Assembly (NCBI GenBank): GCA_041660605.1
Contig: JBAZWB010000001.1
Location: forward strand, 686,503 to 750,502
From: Patescibacteria group bacterium
Lineage (GTDB): Bacteria > Patescibacteriota > Patescibacteriia > UBA10025 > JAHIVO01
Direction of reading: 5' to 3'
DNA length: 64,000 bases
Each line of letters begins with the position of its first letter. Position 1 is the first letter of the stretch. Both the position numbers and the translations under genes were made by a program. Below are positions 29,922 through 40,811 of the stretch, piece after piece. The notes beneath the pieces were generated by a model. That model made no database searches. It was not told the DNA's origin and worked only from the letters and a program-made list of their open reading frames with translations.

Positions 29922-32900
29922 TTGAGGCAAGCTTGTAAAATGTTAAAATTATTGGTATTATTTCTTTATATATTCAAATCAAAATATCAAATCATGAGGG
30001 AGATTAGCCAGAATTACAAAAAAGCCTACCTAAATATTATAGTAATAGTTGCCTATATATTTTTGACGCTAATTTTTACCGCGCCAGTTATATTTCAAAT
30101 AAATAGCCATATCGCCGGCTCGGATGACGCTTTCCAGGTGCTGAAAAATGTCAGGCTAAACTCTGAACAATACAGTATAACCAATATTAATGATATTGGT
30201 CATTTTATTAATCCCCTAAAAATAGGAAATATTTATTCTCATTTATTTATACTTGATAAAATATTCAGCGAGCCATTAGCCTATAACCTGTACTGGCTTC
30301 TATCATTTATTCTTTCAGCACTTGGCGCGTACTATCTGATTTATTATTTGATTAAAAACAGGACAGCGGCTTTCATTGCTGGATTTTTATATAGTTTTTC
30401 CGCAATACATTTTACCTTTTCTTTGGGATTTGGCCCGGCCACACACATAGAGTGGATACCGCTTTTTATACTATTCTTGTTAAAATACATAGAAAAACCT
30501 TCTCTAAAAAATATTCTATTAATAGTCTTTTTTTCGCTTTTTATAATTGAAAACGACCCTCATTTTGCCCTATATACCCTATTATTCAGTTTTATTTTAA
30601 TCGTATATTATCTCCTTAAAAAACCGGAAGTACTTAAAAATAAACGATTCCAATATTACTCGCTCGGATCTATTGTTTTAATCGTTTTTGCTTTTATTGT
30701 TTTTTTCGGCCCAATGATTAAAACTACACTTTCAGAAGATAATTACCTAAATCCGGGAATTGCGCAAACTGAATGGAATTCTGCGGATCTGGCAGGATTT
30801 TTTACTCCAAGCTCGTTGCAAGTATTTTGGGGAAAATTATCGGATTTCATAAATTACCAATTTACCGGTAATGCAGCTGAAAGAACCGTTTACATAGGTT
30901 TTATTGTTTTATTTTTAACAACAGTGGCTTTTATTTATAGAAAAGGCGAATATGGTTCGAAATTTATTTCCTTTTGGTTATTTAATGCGATTTTATTTTC
31001 AGTTCTTTCACTCGGTCCTTTTCTTCATTTACTTGGCGAAATAAATCCAAAGATACCCATGCCCTATCTTTTTCTATATCGTTACATTCCATTTTTTCAA
31101 AACATACGTGGCACTGGCAGAATTTTCATCATTGCCAGCCTAAGCTTCTCTATACTTGGTGCATATGGGATTAAGATACTTATTGAAAAATACGCCGATA
31201 AAATAAATTTGCGGGCGCTGATAATTGGCACTGTCTTTGTATTGGTGGCAATTGAGGCTTTTCTCATCATACCTACTTCAGCCGTGGCGCCTCCTGAATT
31301 TTATAAAAAATTAGCAACTGAGCAGGGGGATTTTAAAATAATCCAGCCCTTAATAACTACCACTTATCCGTATGCCACTATGGCCTTCTATTACAATTCA
31401 TACCATGATAAAAAATTTATTGGCAGTGATTTTTCTCACTTTGTCCGATCGCAGGCTGGAGACCTAAAATTCGAAAATGAAACGCCAATAATAACTGATC
31501 TTCTTAATTATCTGCCCTGGGGGGAAACTAAAATGAATTCCCGATTTATTAAACAAAATTTCAAAAGCATTGGCAATTATGTTTTAAGCAACGTAAATAA
31601 TATTAAATATTTGATATTGGATAAAAATACTATAAAAAATGGAGGTGGTTATTTCACTGATCAAAATTTCGCCTACTATAAAAAATATCTTGAAACAAAT
31701 CTCGATTGCTCAATTGCCTGGGACGACAAGGATCTGCTAGTTTATAAAATTAATCCAACCAACGCACAGCCCTTGACTCTGCAACGCGGAAAAAATTGGA
31801 GTCAGATAAATTATGACGTTTCTGACAATCAAGAAGGAAGCTGGATTACTAACGAAACGACATTACTACTGAATAATCATTCAAATTCAATTATCAATGC
31901 GGAAATAACGTTAACTATGTCTTCACCACTTCCGGATGTCGAAAAAATGTTCGAAAAAATAAACGTAAACTTAAATGATAAACTAAAAGGCAGCTATCTA
32001 ATTGGCCCCACGCAGAAAGAATACATGCTTTATTTCGACAATGTTTTACCCGGAGAAAATACAATAAAATTCACAGTTTTAAATGGTGACAACAACATTA
32101 CCGCCTCTAATGATCTTGAAAATGGTGAAACAATATACGAAAATACAGTATTAGTAAAAAATATATCCTACAGCCAAATCAATTCTATTGAAAAACCCAG
32201 CATTTATAATGCAATTGAGCAAGAACCTGGCGATTTCGGAATAATACAGATCCCAAAGCACTCAAATTACAGTTTTGATACAGAATTTTTTACAGATAAA
32301 AAAATAGGTTCCAAACAAATTGCCGAAAATGACTATTATGCTAATAAAATTTCAGGTGCTCCCACTCTCTTCAATTTCATTGATTACTCAAGATTGTATG
32401 GCCTATTTCCTTTGATGGCTAATCACATTAATTGGGATGAAATAAACACTAATTTTAATATTTATAATCAGAATTATTTTTACTCTCTCAGCTTAAACAT
32501 GCAGAAAAAATATAATGTCAGATACGTCGTGCTTGATAAAAATAAGCTTGGTAACGACGCAATCGAAAATTTCAGAACTTATTTTAAAAATATCGTTTGG
32601 GATTCTCGTGTCTCCTTTGAAAATAATGACTATTTGGTCTATCGCCTTGAACCATTTGATTTTAATCCAAACCTATTGGAAGTTAACTTAGGCGAAAACT
32701 GGGGACCTTTGCTTTGGGGGCAGAATAATCAACCGCCAGAATGTCGAACGCAGTGCCGGAATATCTATAATGATTCCGCTCTAAACATATTTAATTATAG
32801 TTCCCAAATTAGACCGGGTAAATTAAAATTTAATATTACGGGAAATGAAGACACGCCAATCTACTTGCATCCGATTTTAAATGAAAAAGCAGCTGATAAA

Positions 32901-33050
32901 ATACTTATTAATGAGCAAGATCAGTCTATTATTATAAATTTAGACGAGATCAAACCCGGATATAATAACTTGAAATTTTATTTTGAGGATTTTAACGGCG
33001 CACTAATCGAGGACGTCTTATCCATAAAAATCTACAATCTATCAATCTGA
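29922..33050 (+). CDS. very large polytopic membrane protein, GT-C/YfhO-like candidate, with a ~600-aa extracytoplasmic C-terminal domain
   Basis: 1042 aa. An acidic DD motif follows TM1 in the first loop (FQINSHIAGSDDAFQVL), then ~12 TM helices in the first 450 aa, then a hydrophilic N/Y-rich domain. The start could be a downstream Met (MLKLL... or MREIS...). Confidence 0.5.
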   Translation: MRQACKMLKLLVLFLYIFKSKYQIMREISQNYKKAYLNIIVIVAYIFLTLIFTAPVIFQINSHIAGSDDAFQVLKNVRLNSEQYSITNINDIGHFINPLKIGNIYSHLFILDKIFSEPLAYNLYWLLSFILSALGAYYLIYYLIKNRTAAFIAGFLYSFSAIHFTFSLGFGPATHIEWIPLFILFLLKYIEKPSLKNILLIVFFSLFIIENDPHFALYTLLFSFILIVYYLLKKPEVLKNKRFQYYSLGSIVLIVFAFIVFFGPMIKTTLSEDNYLNPGIAQTEWNSADLAGFFTPSSLQVFWGKLSDFINYQFTGNAAERTVYIGFIVLFLTTVAFIYRKGEYGSKFISFWLFNAILFSVLSLGPFLHLLGEINPKIPMPYLFLYRYIPFFQNIRGTGRIFIIASLSFSILGAYGIKILIEKYADKINLRALIIGTVFVLVAIEAFLIIPTSAVAPPEFYKKLATEQGDFKIIQPLITTTYPYATMAFYYNSYHDKKFIGSDFSHFVRSQAGDLKFENETPIITDLLNYLPWGETKMNSRFIKQNFKSIGNYVLSNVNNIKYLILDKNTIKNGGGYFTDQNFAYYKKYLETNLDCSIAWDDKDLLVYKINPTNAQPLTLQRGKNWSQINYDVSDNQEGSWITNETTLLLNNHSNSIINAEITLTMSSPLPDVEKMFEKINVNLNDKLKGSYLIGPTQKEYMLYFDNVLPGENTIKFTVLNGDNNITASNDLENGETIYENTVLVKNISYSQINSIEKPSIYNAIEQEPGDFGIIQIPKHSNYSFDTEFFTDKKIGSKQIAENDYYANKISGAPTLFNFIDYSRLYGLFPLMANHINWDEINTNFNIYNQNYFYSLSLNMQKKYNVRYVVLDKNKLGNDAIENFRTYFKNIVWDSRVSFENNDYLVYRLEPFDFNPNLLEVNLGENWGPLLWGQNNQPPECRTQCRNIYNDSALNIFNYSSQIRPGKLKFNITGNEDTPIYLHPILNEKAADKILINEQDQSIIINLDEIKPGYNNLKFYFEDFNGALIEDVLSIKIYNLSI

Positions 33051-33160
33051 TAAACAAGAAAAATTAACTAAAAACAACTCATAAGGCTGGACAAAATCGG
33101 GCTTTTTTAATATAATTTAGATACTTTTTAAGCCATTAGCCTAGAATTAAACGAATTTAA

Positions 33161-34087
33161 ATGAAAATTATCGTATTTCTGCCTTGCTATAACGAAGAAA
33201 AAACAATTTCCAAAGTGATTGACGATTTCAAGAAAGAACTGCCGGAAGCGGAAATTGTAGTCTTTGATAATAATTCCTCGGATCAATCCGTAAATATCGC
33301 CAGAAGTAAAGGCGCGACTATTTATGTTGAAAAAAAACGGGGAAAGGGCAATGTCGTTAAATCCGCGTTTAATAAATTACAGGCGGATATTTACATTATG
33401 GCAGACGCTGATGATACCTATCCGGCCGATGAAGTGCATAAATTATTAAAACCGATATTAGACGGTCAGGCTGATATGACAGTTGGCACGCGCCTAGAAA
33501 ACGCCAATGCCAAAGAATTGCGCAAGCTCCATAAATTTGGTAATAAATTTATTTTATTCATTTTAAATACCGTTTTTCGTTCAAAATTCAAAGATATACT
33601 TTCCGGCTATCGAGTTATGAATAAGGATTTCGTCAAAGGTATTCCTCTTTTATCAGAAGGCTTTGAAATAGAAACAGAAATAACATTACAAGCATTGGAA
33701 CGAGGCTATAGAGTTTTAGAAATCCCAACAAAATACCGTGAGCGTCCGATCGGTAGCTTTTCAAAAATTGAAACCTTCAAAGATGGTTTTAAAATTGTTT
33801 TCACGATTATTTCAATACTCAGGGATTACCGGCCGATTGTTTTTTTTATGTCTATTTCAGTCATACTCCTGGTATTAGGGCTTTTATCAGGAGGGACTGT
33901 ACTTATTGAATACATTCAAACGAAATTTGTCACCCGCATCCCGCTGGCGATATTGTCAACTTTGCTGATAATCTTAAGTTTTATTTCATTCATGACCGGA
34001 TTTATTGTTTCGGCTATCAACAGGAGATTTGAAGAGATGAATATCCAGATAAAAAAATCCCTATATAAAGAAGAGGAGCAAAAATGA
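33161..34087 (+). CDS. GT2 glycosyltransferase, DPM1-like polyprenyl-phosphate sugar synthase with C-terminal TM helices
   Basis: 308 aa. MKIIVFLPCYNEEKTIS, IYIMADADDTYP (DxD) and two C-terminal TM helices. Confidence 0.8.
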   Translation: MKIIVFLPCYNEEKTISKVIDDFKKELPEAEIVVFDNNSSDQSVNIARSKGATIYVEKKRGKGNVVKSAFNKLQADIYIMADADDTYPADEVHKLLKPILDGQADMTVGTRLENANAKELRKLHKFGNKFILFILNTVFRSKFKDILSGYRVMNKDFVKGIPLLSEGFEIETEITLQALERGYRVLEIPTKYRERPIGSFSKIETFKDGFKIVFTIISILRDYRPIVFFMSISVILLVLGLLSGGTVLIEYIQTKFVTRIPLAILSTLLIILSFISFMTGFIVSAINRRFEEMNIQIKKSLYKEEEQK

Positions 34088-35244
34088 TAATTGCTTTTGT
34101 TTCAGACGCAATTTATCCTTATAACAAAGGGGGTAAGGAAAAAAGACTATATGAAATTTCCAGACGATTGGCCGTATATGGGCATAAAGTCGTAATTTTT
34201 ACCATGAAATGGTGGTCTGGACCCGATGAAATTACTGAAAATGGCGTGACTCTCAAAAGCGTCGGTAAATCAGTTAACCTTTATACCAACGAACGCCGCA
34301 GGTCTTTATCAGAAGCGTTTCTTTTTGGCATTAAAGTTTTTTTGCCCGTGTTAAGATTTAAATACGATTTATTAATCGTTGATCATATCCCCTATTTTCA
34401 ATTATTCAGCCTGAAAATCGTTTCATTGTTAAAAAGAAAAAAGCTACTGGCAGACTGGCATGAAGTCTGGGGTAAAAAAAATTGGCAGGAATATCTTGGC
34501 AAGCTGAAAGGATTGTTTGCCTATTATATTGAATATTGGTCAACAAAAATGCCAAATGTAATATTTTCCATCTCTGATTTCACTACCCGTAGATTGAAAA
34601 ACGAATTCGGCGTTTCACCAAATAAAATCAATACCGTCAGTTGCGGAATTGATTTGGCTCAAATAAGCCTGGCGAATAAAAAAACGGAATATACCAGTGA
34701 TTGCATTTTTGCCGGACGGCTATTAAATCACAAAAAAGTTGATGTTTTAATTAAATCTATTGATATAATTAAAAATAAATACAAATCGGATATTAAATGC
34801 ATTATAATTGGCGATGGCCCGGAAAAAAAATATTTGGTACAACAGGCTGACGAATCCGGCCTAAAAGAAAATATCCTCTTCAAGGGATTCCTCGCGGACC
34901 ACAACGAAGTATATTCATATTTCAAATCTTCAAAGCTTTTTGTTTTTCCGTCCATCAGAGAAGGTTTTGGCCTAGTGGTTCCGGAAGCCAACGCCTGCGG
35001 ACTGCCGGTGATTGCCGTAAGAAGCGATTTTAGCGCTTCAATCGACCTGATCCATGACAATCAAAACGGCTTTTTACTTAATCTTTCAGAAAACGAAATT
35101 GCGGATAAAATCATTGAAATATTCAAAGACCAGAAAAAATTAACCGCCTTTTCGGAAAATTCCATTAAATTTTCCCAAAATTTTTCCTGGGACCTCATTG
35201 TAAAAAAAATGGAAAACATTTATAAACAAATATATTCCAGCTAA
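34084..35244 (+). CDS. GT4 glycosyltransferase
   Basis: 386 aa. PSIREGFGLVVPEANACGLPVIAVRSDFSASIDLI (E-x7-E). Confidence 0.8.
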   Translation: MIIAFVSDAIYPYNKGGKEKRLYEISRRLAVYGHKVVIFTMKWWSGPDEITENGVTLKSVGKSVNLYTNERRRSLSEAFLFGIKVFLPVLRFKYDLLIVDHIPYFQLFSLKIVSLLKRKKLLADWHEVWGKKNWQEYLGKLKGLFAYYIEYWSTKMPNVIFSISDFTTRRLKNEFGVSPNKINTVSCGIDLAQISLANKKTEYTSDCIFAGRLLNHKKVDVLIKSIDIIKNKYKSDIKCIIIGDGPEKKYLVQQADESGLKENILFKGFLADHNEVYSYFKSSKLFVFPSIREGFGLVVPEANACGLPVIAVRSDFSASIDLIHDNQNGFLLNLSENEIADKIIEIFKDQKKLTAFSENSIKFSQNFSWDLIVKKMENIYKQIYSS

Positions 35245-35251
35245 ATATAAT

Positions 35252-36367
35252 ATGAAAAATATTTTGATTGTCGCCCCATATTACTATCTGGAAGGCGGAG
35301 GCCTGGAAAATTACGCGCATCAGGTGGCCAAAGGACTCCAGAAGCTTGGCCATAAAGTCATTGTCTTATGTTTGACAAAAGACATAAGCAAAACTGAAAT
35401 TATTGATGCAGTGGAAATTATCCGGAAAAAGCCTGATTTTATAATTTCCAACACACCGATAAAATTGAATTTCATTTTCGATATTTTTAAAATAATAAAT
35501 AAATATAAAATTGAATTGGTGCATGCGCATACGCCCGTGCCTTACGCCGCGGATATGGCTGCCTTGGCTGCTAATCTGAAAAAAATTCCATTTATACTCA
35601 CCTACCATTCCAACACGTTATTTAAAGGAAAATCTTTGACAGATATAATCGCCGCTTTTTACCTCCCAATCCAATACTTAACCCTGAAAAGCGCAAAACA
35701 AATCGTTTTCGTGTATCGGAATATCGGGCCAAAATTTAATAAGTGGAAAAACAAAAATCTGGCCATCCCACCAGGCGTTGATACTGAACAATTCAGATTT
35801 TCAGAATACCCAAAAAGCCAGCAAAATATCCTGTTTATTTCACCCTTGAGCAAGGCCTATCCCTCAAAGGGTGTCAAAGTACTATTTCATGCGCTAGACC
35901 TCTTAAAACCGCAATTAAGTAGCTTTAAAGTGCATATAGCGGGTTCAGGAGACATGGAAGATTATTACAAACAATACGCAAAATCTCTTGATTTAGCCAG
36001 CAACGTGGAATTCCTCGGAAAACGCCAATATTCTGATATGCCGGCGCAATACCAGCGTTCTAATATACTAGTTGTCCCCTCGCTTAAAGCAGAAGGCAGC
36101 CCGACAGTTATTATTGAAGCAATGGCTTCCGGCCGTCCGGTTATCGGTACAAATATCGGCGGCATTCCTGAAATGATCAAGGACAATATTACCGGTCTTA
36201 TTATTAAACCAAATGATCCGCAAAATCTGGCACAAGCCATACTTCGTCTGTTAAAAAATTCCAATCTGGCCGCTGAAATGGGTCGAGCCGGCAGAAAAAT
36301 TGCCGAAGACCGGTATTCCTGGGAAAAAATAGTCAAACAATATGACCAGCTTATACAAAGTATTTAA
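35252..36367 (+). CDS. GT4 glycosyltransferase
   Basis: 371 aa. PSLKAEGSPTVIIEAMASGRPVIGTNIGGIPEMI (E-x7-E). Confidence 0.8.
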   Translation: MKNILIVAPYYYLEGGGLENYAHQVAKGLQKLGHKVIVLCLTKDISKTEIIDAVEIIRKKPDFIISNTPIKLNFIFDIFKIINKYKIELVHAHTPVPYAADMAALAANLKKIPFILTYHSNTLFKGKSLTDIIAAFYLPIQYLTLKSAKQIVFVYRNIGPKFNKWKNKNLAIPPGVDTEQFRFSEYPKSQQNILFISPLSKAYPSKGVKVLFHALDLLKPQLSSFKVHIAGSGDMEDYYKQYAKSLDLASNVEFLGKRQYSDMPAQYQRSNILVVPSLKAEGSPTVIIEAMASGRPVIGTNIGGIPEMIKDNITGLIIKPNDPQNLAQAILRLLKNSNLAAEMGRAGRKIAEDRYSWEKIVKQYDQLIQSI

Positions 36368-37952
36368 TAATAAATCCCTTTACTCAATAATTCTAATTAT
36401 TTTAGTGATTTTTCTTTTTATCTTTTATTTTTACGGATTTTTTAAATATAACTATACCGTGGCTCCGGGCGATGATAATATCCGCCATATGACAGAGGCA
36501 AATTATATAATTAATAACGGAACGTTTATTGCGCATGCCGGCAGTTTTGATCCGCCGCTTTTTCATATTTTGCTTGCTTCCTTGTCTTTGATTTCCGGAT
36601 TAAGCATTGATCTAACCACAAAAATATTTGCTCCTCTGCTGGCCATTTTATCTACTCTCTCTATTTACTTTGTATCCAGAAGGCTGTTTGGTTCCCGCTA
36701 CTTATCATTAATCATACTGGCGCTATTAATTTTCTTGTCTCCACAGCCGTACCAGATTTATAATGACGGCACATATTTAAATCTATTTGGGGCTGGTTTT
36801 CTTCTGATTTTTTCTCTGTCGTTCCTGCCTCCGTTGCTGGAAAATGATAAAATTAATTTAAAAACCATCCTTCCGTTTTTTATTTTTTCTGCCGCGCTTT
36901 TGCTTTCCCATTCACTTTCCGCGACGTATTTTATTTTGATACTGGCCGTTTATACTATCATACTTCTGTTTAAATACCGTAAACTTTTATTTAAGAAACC
37001 GAACTATCTGACTGCCCTGTTTTTCCTGGGAGTACTTATCCTGCCATTTACCTGGAAATTTTACCTGAATGATTCTTTCCAGAAAATCCTTTCTACTTTC
37101 GGCCTTAGGCAGATAAGCAGTACCAATATTTTAAGCCTGGATTTTTCTACCATAAATTCCATACCAAATTTTGACACATATAAATGGCTGCTTAATTATC
37201 TGCCAATAATTTTAGCGACATTCGGCTTGTTATTTCTCTTTAAAATATTCAAAGGAAAAACACATGAAAATTGGCTCATCATTTCCTGGTTTACCGCCCT
37301 GTTTATCGGCTCCCGCGTGAATTTTTTCCAGCTGCCAGAGCGTTTTGCCAGGGATATGGCGGTGGTCGTCACCATTCTTTCAGGAGTGTTTATTTATAAA
37401 TTATTCAGAGAAAACAACAGAATTTATAAATTCGTGATAATAGTTATTTTTTCCATGCTGGTAATTCTTTACGTACCAGCAAAAACCAACACTGCCACGC
37501 AATACGACAGCATGGTCAGAGTGCAATCTTCCGATGAAAAAGCCATGCGGTGGATCAAAGAAAATACTCAGCCAGACGCCATAATAATGGGCATGCCGCG
37601 AACAATCGTGGCTGGCGATTGGGGGAGCTATATTAATATTATCACCGGCAGAACGACAATAGACGGCACCCTATGCCCCGAAGAAGACAGGGCCTGCGAT
37701 CACCTATATAATCCCCTTTCCACGAATTCAATAAAATATTACTTGGTGAATAAAATTGATTATATCTATGACGGAAAACCCATGGTTGGCAGTTTTATTT
37801 CCAAGAATACCATTGATTGGAGCTATAAAGATGGATTTAAAAAAACTCCCTTTTTGCAAAAGGTATCTGAATTTCCCGAAAGTAAATTATTGGGCAGCGT
37901 GGTGATCTATAAAATTGACCGCGATAAGTTAACGGCGCTAATAGAAGAATAA
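36342..37952 (+). CDS. polytopic membrane protein, GT-C-like candidate
   Basis: 536 aa, ~11 TM. An acidic DD motif follows TM1 (YNYTVAPGDDNIRHMTE). C-terminal soluble domain. Confidence 0.45.
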   Translation: MTSLYKVFNNKSLYSIILIILVIFLFIFYFYGFFKYNYTVAPGDDNIRHMTEANYIINNGTFIAHAGSFDPPLFHILLASLSLISGLSIDLTTKIFAPLLAILSTLSIYFVSRRLFGSRYLSLIILALLIFLSPQPYQIYNDGTYLNLFGAGFLLIFSLSFLPPLLENDKINLKTILPFFIFSAALLLSHSLSATYFILILAVYTIILLFKYRKLLFKKPNYLTALFFLGVLILPFTWKFYLNDSFQKILSTFGLRQISSTNILSLDFSTINSIPNFDTYKWLLNYLPIILATFGLLFLFKIFKGKTHENWLIISWFTALFIGSRVNFFQLPERFARDMAVVVTILSGVFIYKLFRENNRIYKFVIIVIFSMLVILYVPAKTNTATQYDSMVRVQSSDEKAMRWIKENTQPDAIIMGMPRTIVAGDWGSYINIITGRTTIDGTLCPEEDRACDHLYNPLSTNSIKYYLVNKIDYIYDGKPMVGSFISKNTIDWSYKDGFKKTPFLQKVSEFPESKLLGSVVIYKIDRDKLTALIEE

Positions 37953-37963
37953 AATTTTAATGC

Positions 37964-39007
37964 TCACAACAACCCGTTGATTATCACTGAAATTTTTTTG
38001 TAATTGACCTTAACGGAGTAATTATTCAGTACGGCTTCCCGGGCTCTGACGCCCAGGTCGGCTCTTTTTTCTTTATCCTGAATTAATTGCGATAATGCTT
38101 TCAGCCATTCATCATCGGTTCTGGCTAAAATTCCTGCCCCCGGCTGAATAACGTCTATATTTGCTCCTACAGGAGAAGCGACAACTGCCAGGCCGCAAGA
38201 CATATATTGGATGGCTTTAAAAGCGCACTTACCCCGGGCCCATTCAGTGTCATCCAGAGGCATAATGCCGATATCAAACTTCTGTATATCCGTGGCTTCA
38301 TTTTCCGCGCTCCAGGGGATGAAATTATAGGCTATGCCTAATTCAAAATCCGGCCGTTGATCGCAGACTATCGCCAGTCTGACTTTATTTCCGTAAATAC
38401 TTTTTAATTTTAAAAAAACCGGCTGTAATCTTTTCAAGTATTTAAGATTGGAATAAGTCCCTATCCAGCCGATAGTCAGGAAACCGTCTTCTGCTGATTT
38501 AATAACCGGCTGATAAATATCCGTATCAATAGGCGTTGGAACAATAGTAACGTTCTGGCAGAATTTACCGGAATAGCTGGAAATATAATCATTACCGGCA
38601 ATTATTTGACGTGAAATCCTCAACACTGCATCAACCGGATTTGCCTTTTTATCCGCATAATTCAACCAGATGGCGTCATCCAGGTCAAAAATAATTTTTT
38701 TGCCCAAGTTCCTGATTATTTTTTCCGGCCAAGGGGAAATATGCCTGACTATCGAGCGCTGAATGAAAATCAGATCATAAAAAGGCGCCAGCAATATTGA
38801 AAAAAACTTCAAAAAAACTATTTGCCCGTATAAAAAATATTTTAGCACTCCATAATTCTCTGGGTGTTTATTGCTCCATAAAAGCGGATAAAAATGGACC
38901 TTGAGCCCGTCATTCTGCAAATACGGCAAATACTGCTGCACCCGGAATCGCGAGGCACCTTCGTTTTTGCCCATGGTAATGAATAAAATTGATGGCTGTT
39001 TTTTCAT
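37964..39007 (-). CDS. GT4-like glycosyltransferase
   Basis: 347 aa. C-terminal GKCAFKAIQYMSCGLAVVASPVGANIDVIQPGAGILAR (GT-B C-terminal donor-binding region). Confidence 0.6.
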   Translation of the reverse strand: MKKQPSILFITMGKNEGASRFRVQQYLPYLQNDGLKVHFYPLLWSNKHPENYGVLKYFLYGQIVFLKFFSILLAPFYDLIFIQRSIVRHISPWPEKIIRNLGKKIIFDLDDAIWLNYADKKANPVDAVLRISRQIIAGNDYISSYSGKFCQNVTIVPTPIDTDIYQPVIKSAEDGFLTIGWIGTYSNLKYLKRLQPVFLKLKSIYGNKVRLAIVCDQRPDFELGIAYNFIPWSAENEATDIQKFDIGIMPLDDTEWARGKCAFKAIQYMSCGLAVVASPVGANIDVIQPGAGILARTDDEWLKALSQLIQDKEKRADLGVRAREAVLNNYSVKVNYKKISVIINGLL

Positions 39008-39010
39008 GCT

Positions 39011-40465
39011 TTATATTTTTTGTAATTCATCTGCCTTTTCCTGCTTTTTCATCAAGCTACGGTAAAACGATATTTCCTGCCTAGTAATTCCGCCAGTAAT
39101 TAGCAGTAAAACGAAATAAATAACAATGCCGCCAAACAGAATCAGCAGTATATTCATGTTTCTAAAAACGTACAAAAAAATACCCATGCCAATCGCGGCT
39201 AAGACAGGCTTGAGCAAGTATGGAGTAAACTTCACACTGACTATTTTTCGGAATTTAAAATACATATAGAACAAAAGCACCAATGCCGTTACCAGCGTAG
39301 CCGCGGCTGAACCGTTTAAACTATAAAACGGTATTAAGATCAGATTCAGGATCAAATTAACGGCCGCACCCAGACCGACCCCTTTGGCATATGTTTTTTG
39401 CCGGTCGCAGGCCTGCAAGGAATTGCCATAAACGGTATTCAGGTAAGTTACCGCCGCGCCCCACATTAGGATCTGGAAAGCCAGTCCTCCACCGGAAAAA
39501 TCCTCGCCAAATATAAATACCAAAAGCTTAGGCCCGATGATCGTTACGCCGAACCCCAAAGGCACGGCAATGATAATCATCAGCTTGCTGAAATTTCCCA
39601 GCAACAGCTTCAGCCTGGCAACAGACTCTTTATACAACTTTGAAATTACCGGAAAAAATACTCCCACAAATACATTGGCAAAAAGCAAAACAAAAAAAAC
39701 AATTTTATATCCGGCATTGTACCAGCCGACTTCCTTGTCCCCGCTTAACAAGCCAAGCAGAAATGAATCCATAAAATAGTAAATATTCACGAAAACCAGG
39801 CTCAGGGTGAAAGGCCAGGATTGCTTAATTAAATACTGCCAAAACTTATAATCAAAGCTGAAAGATATTTTGACGAAATATTTATGCAAAACTATCAGCG
39901 AATATATAAGGGCTGCGAATGATGCAAATACGTAAACCCAGCCGAAATAAACCAGATCAAGCGTTTTCCAGGTTACCAGCAATCCGCCGCCGAACAAAAT
40001 GATTGAATATAACACCTTGCTGATCGCCTCGAAATTCATTTTTTCCTGCGATCGGTAAATTGCTACGCAAGCTTGGGTTAAATTATAAATTACCATATAA
40101 ATAGCAGTCAGCATTACCAGATAAACGACTACGGCTCCCTTATGGCTGATGGCGGCTATTAAAAACATCAAGCCAATGTAAAATACGCTCAAGACCAGCC
40201 TGAGGCTGAAGATGGCGCTGAAATACTTTTTTGACAGTTCTATGTGCCTGGAAACCTCGCGAATGGTGAAAACTCCCAGGCCGAAATCTATCAGTACGGC
40301 GAACAGGGTGGAAGCGCTCAGAGCGAAAGAAATCTGGCCGTATTTTTCCGCACCCAGGTATTTTGCCACCAAAACCGTGAATAGATAAAGCAGGACCGAG
40401 TTGATCACCTCGGAAACGCTCAGCCAGACGACATTTTTGAAAATAACCTTATGAACAACGGGCAT
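39011..40465 (-). CDS. Wzx-like flippase (MOP superfamily polysaccharide biosynthesis protein)
   Basis: 484 aa, ~14 TM. N-terminal VWLSVSEVINSVLLYLFTVLVAKYLGAEKYGQISFA is typical of the family. Confidence 0.7.
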   Translation of the reverse strand: MPVVHKVIFKNVVWLSVSEVINSVLLYLFTVLVAKYLGAEKYGQISFALSASTLFAVLIDFGLGVFTIREVSRHIELSKKYFSAIFSLRLVLSVFYIGLMFLIAAISHKGAVVVYLVMLTAIYMVIYNLTQACVAIYRSQEKMNFEAISKVLYSIILFGGGLLVTWKTLDLVYFGWVYVFASFAALIYSLIVLHKYFVKISFSFDYKFWQYLIKQSWPFTLSLVFVNIYYFMDSFLLGLLSGDKEVGWYNAGYKIVFFVLLFANVFVGVFFPVISKLYKESVARLKLLLGNFSKLMIIIAVPLGFGVTIIGPKLLVFIFGEDFSGGGLAFQILMWGAAVTYLNTVYGNSLQACDRQKTYAKGVGLGAAVNLILNLILIPFYSLNGSAAATLVTALVLLFYMYFKFRKIVSVKFTPYLLKPVLAAIGMGIFLYVFRNMNILLILFGGIVIYFVLLLITGGITRQEISFYRSLMKKQEKADELQKI

Positions 40466-40466
40466 T

Positions 40467-40805
40467 TTATTCCTTCTGATTTTGCTTAGTCCTTATTTTT
40501 CTGAAAATCAAAAAAACAATTTCCAAAATAATTAAAATACCCAGAACTATAGCAATGTTTATCTGCGTTATTTTAATACCGATTTTATTCAAAAAAAATA
40601 AAATCAGCGGCACTACAGACACCGAAAAAGCAAATGACAGCAAAACTCGCTCCAGCCAGTTCAGACTAGCACCCGTTTTTCCAATAATTTCGGCAGTACT
40701 GTCTTTTTTATTCATCGGAAAAAAAACGTAGGTCATCAACAAGCCCGGCACAAATAGTACTCCAAGAAATCCTAAAATAACTTGTAATACCGAAAAATCA
40801 TTCAT
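40467..40805 (-). CDS. small membrane protein (3 TM)
   Basis: 112 aa, hydrophobic. Abuts the flippase, with a 1-nt gap. Confidence 0.45.
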   Translation of the reverse strand: MNDFSVLQVILGFLGVLFVPGLLMTYVFFPMNKKDSTAEIIGKTGASLNWLERVLLSFAFSVSVVPLILFFLNKIGIKITQINIAIVLGILIILEIVFLIFRKIRTKQNQKE

Positions 40806-40811
40806 AGTATT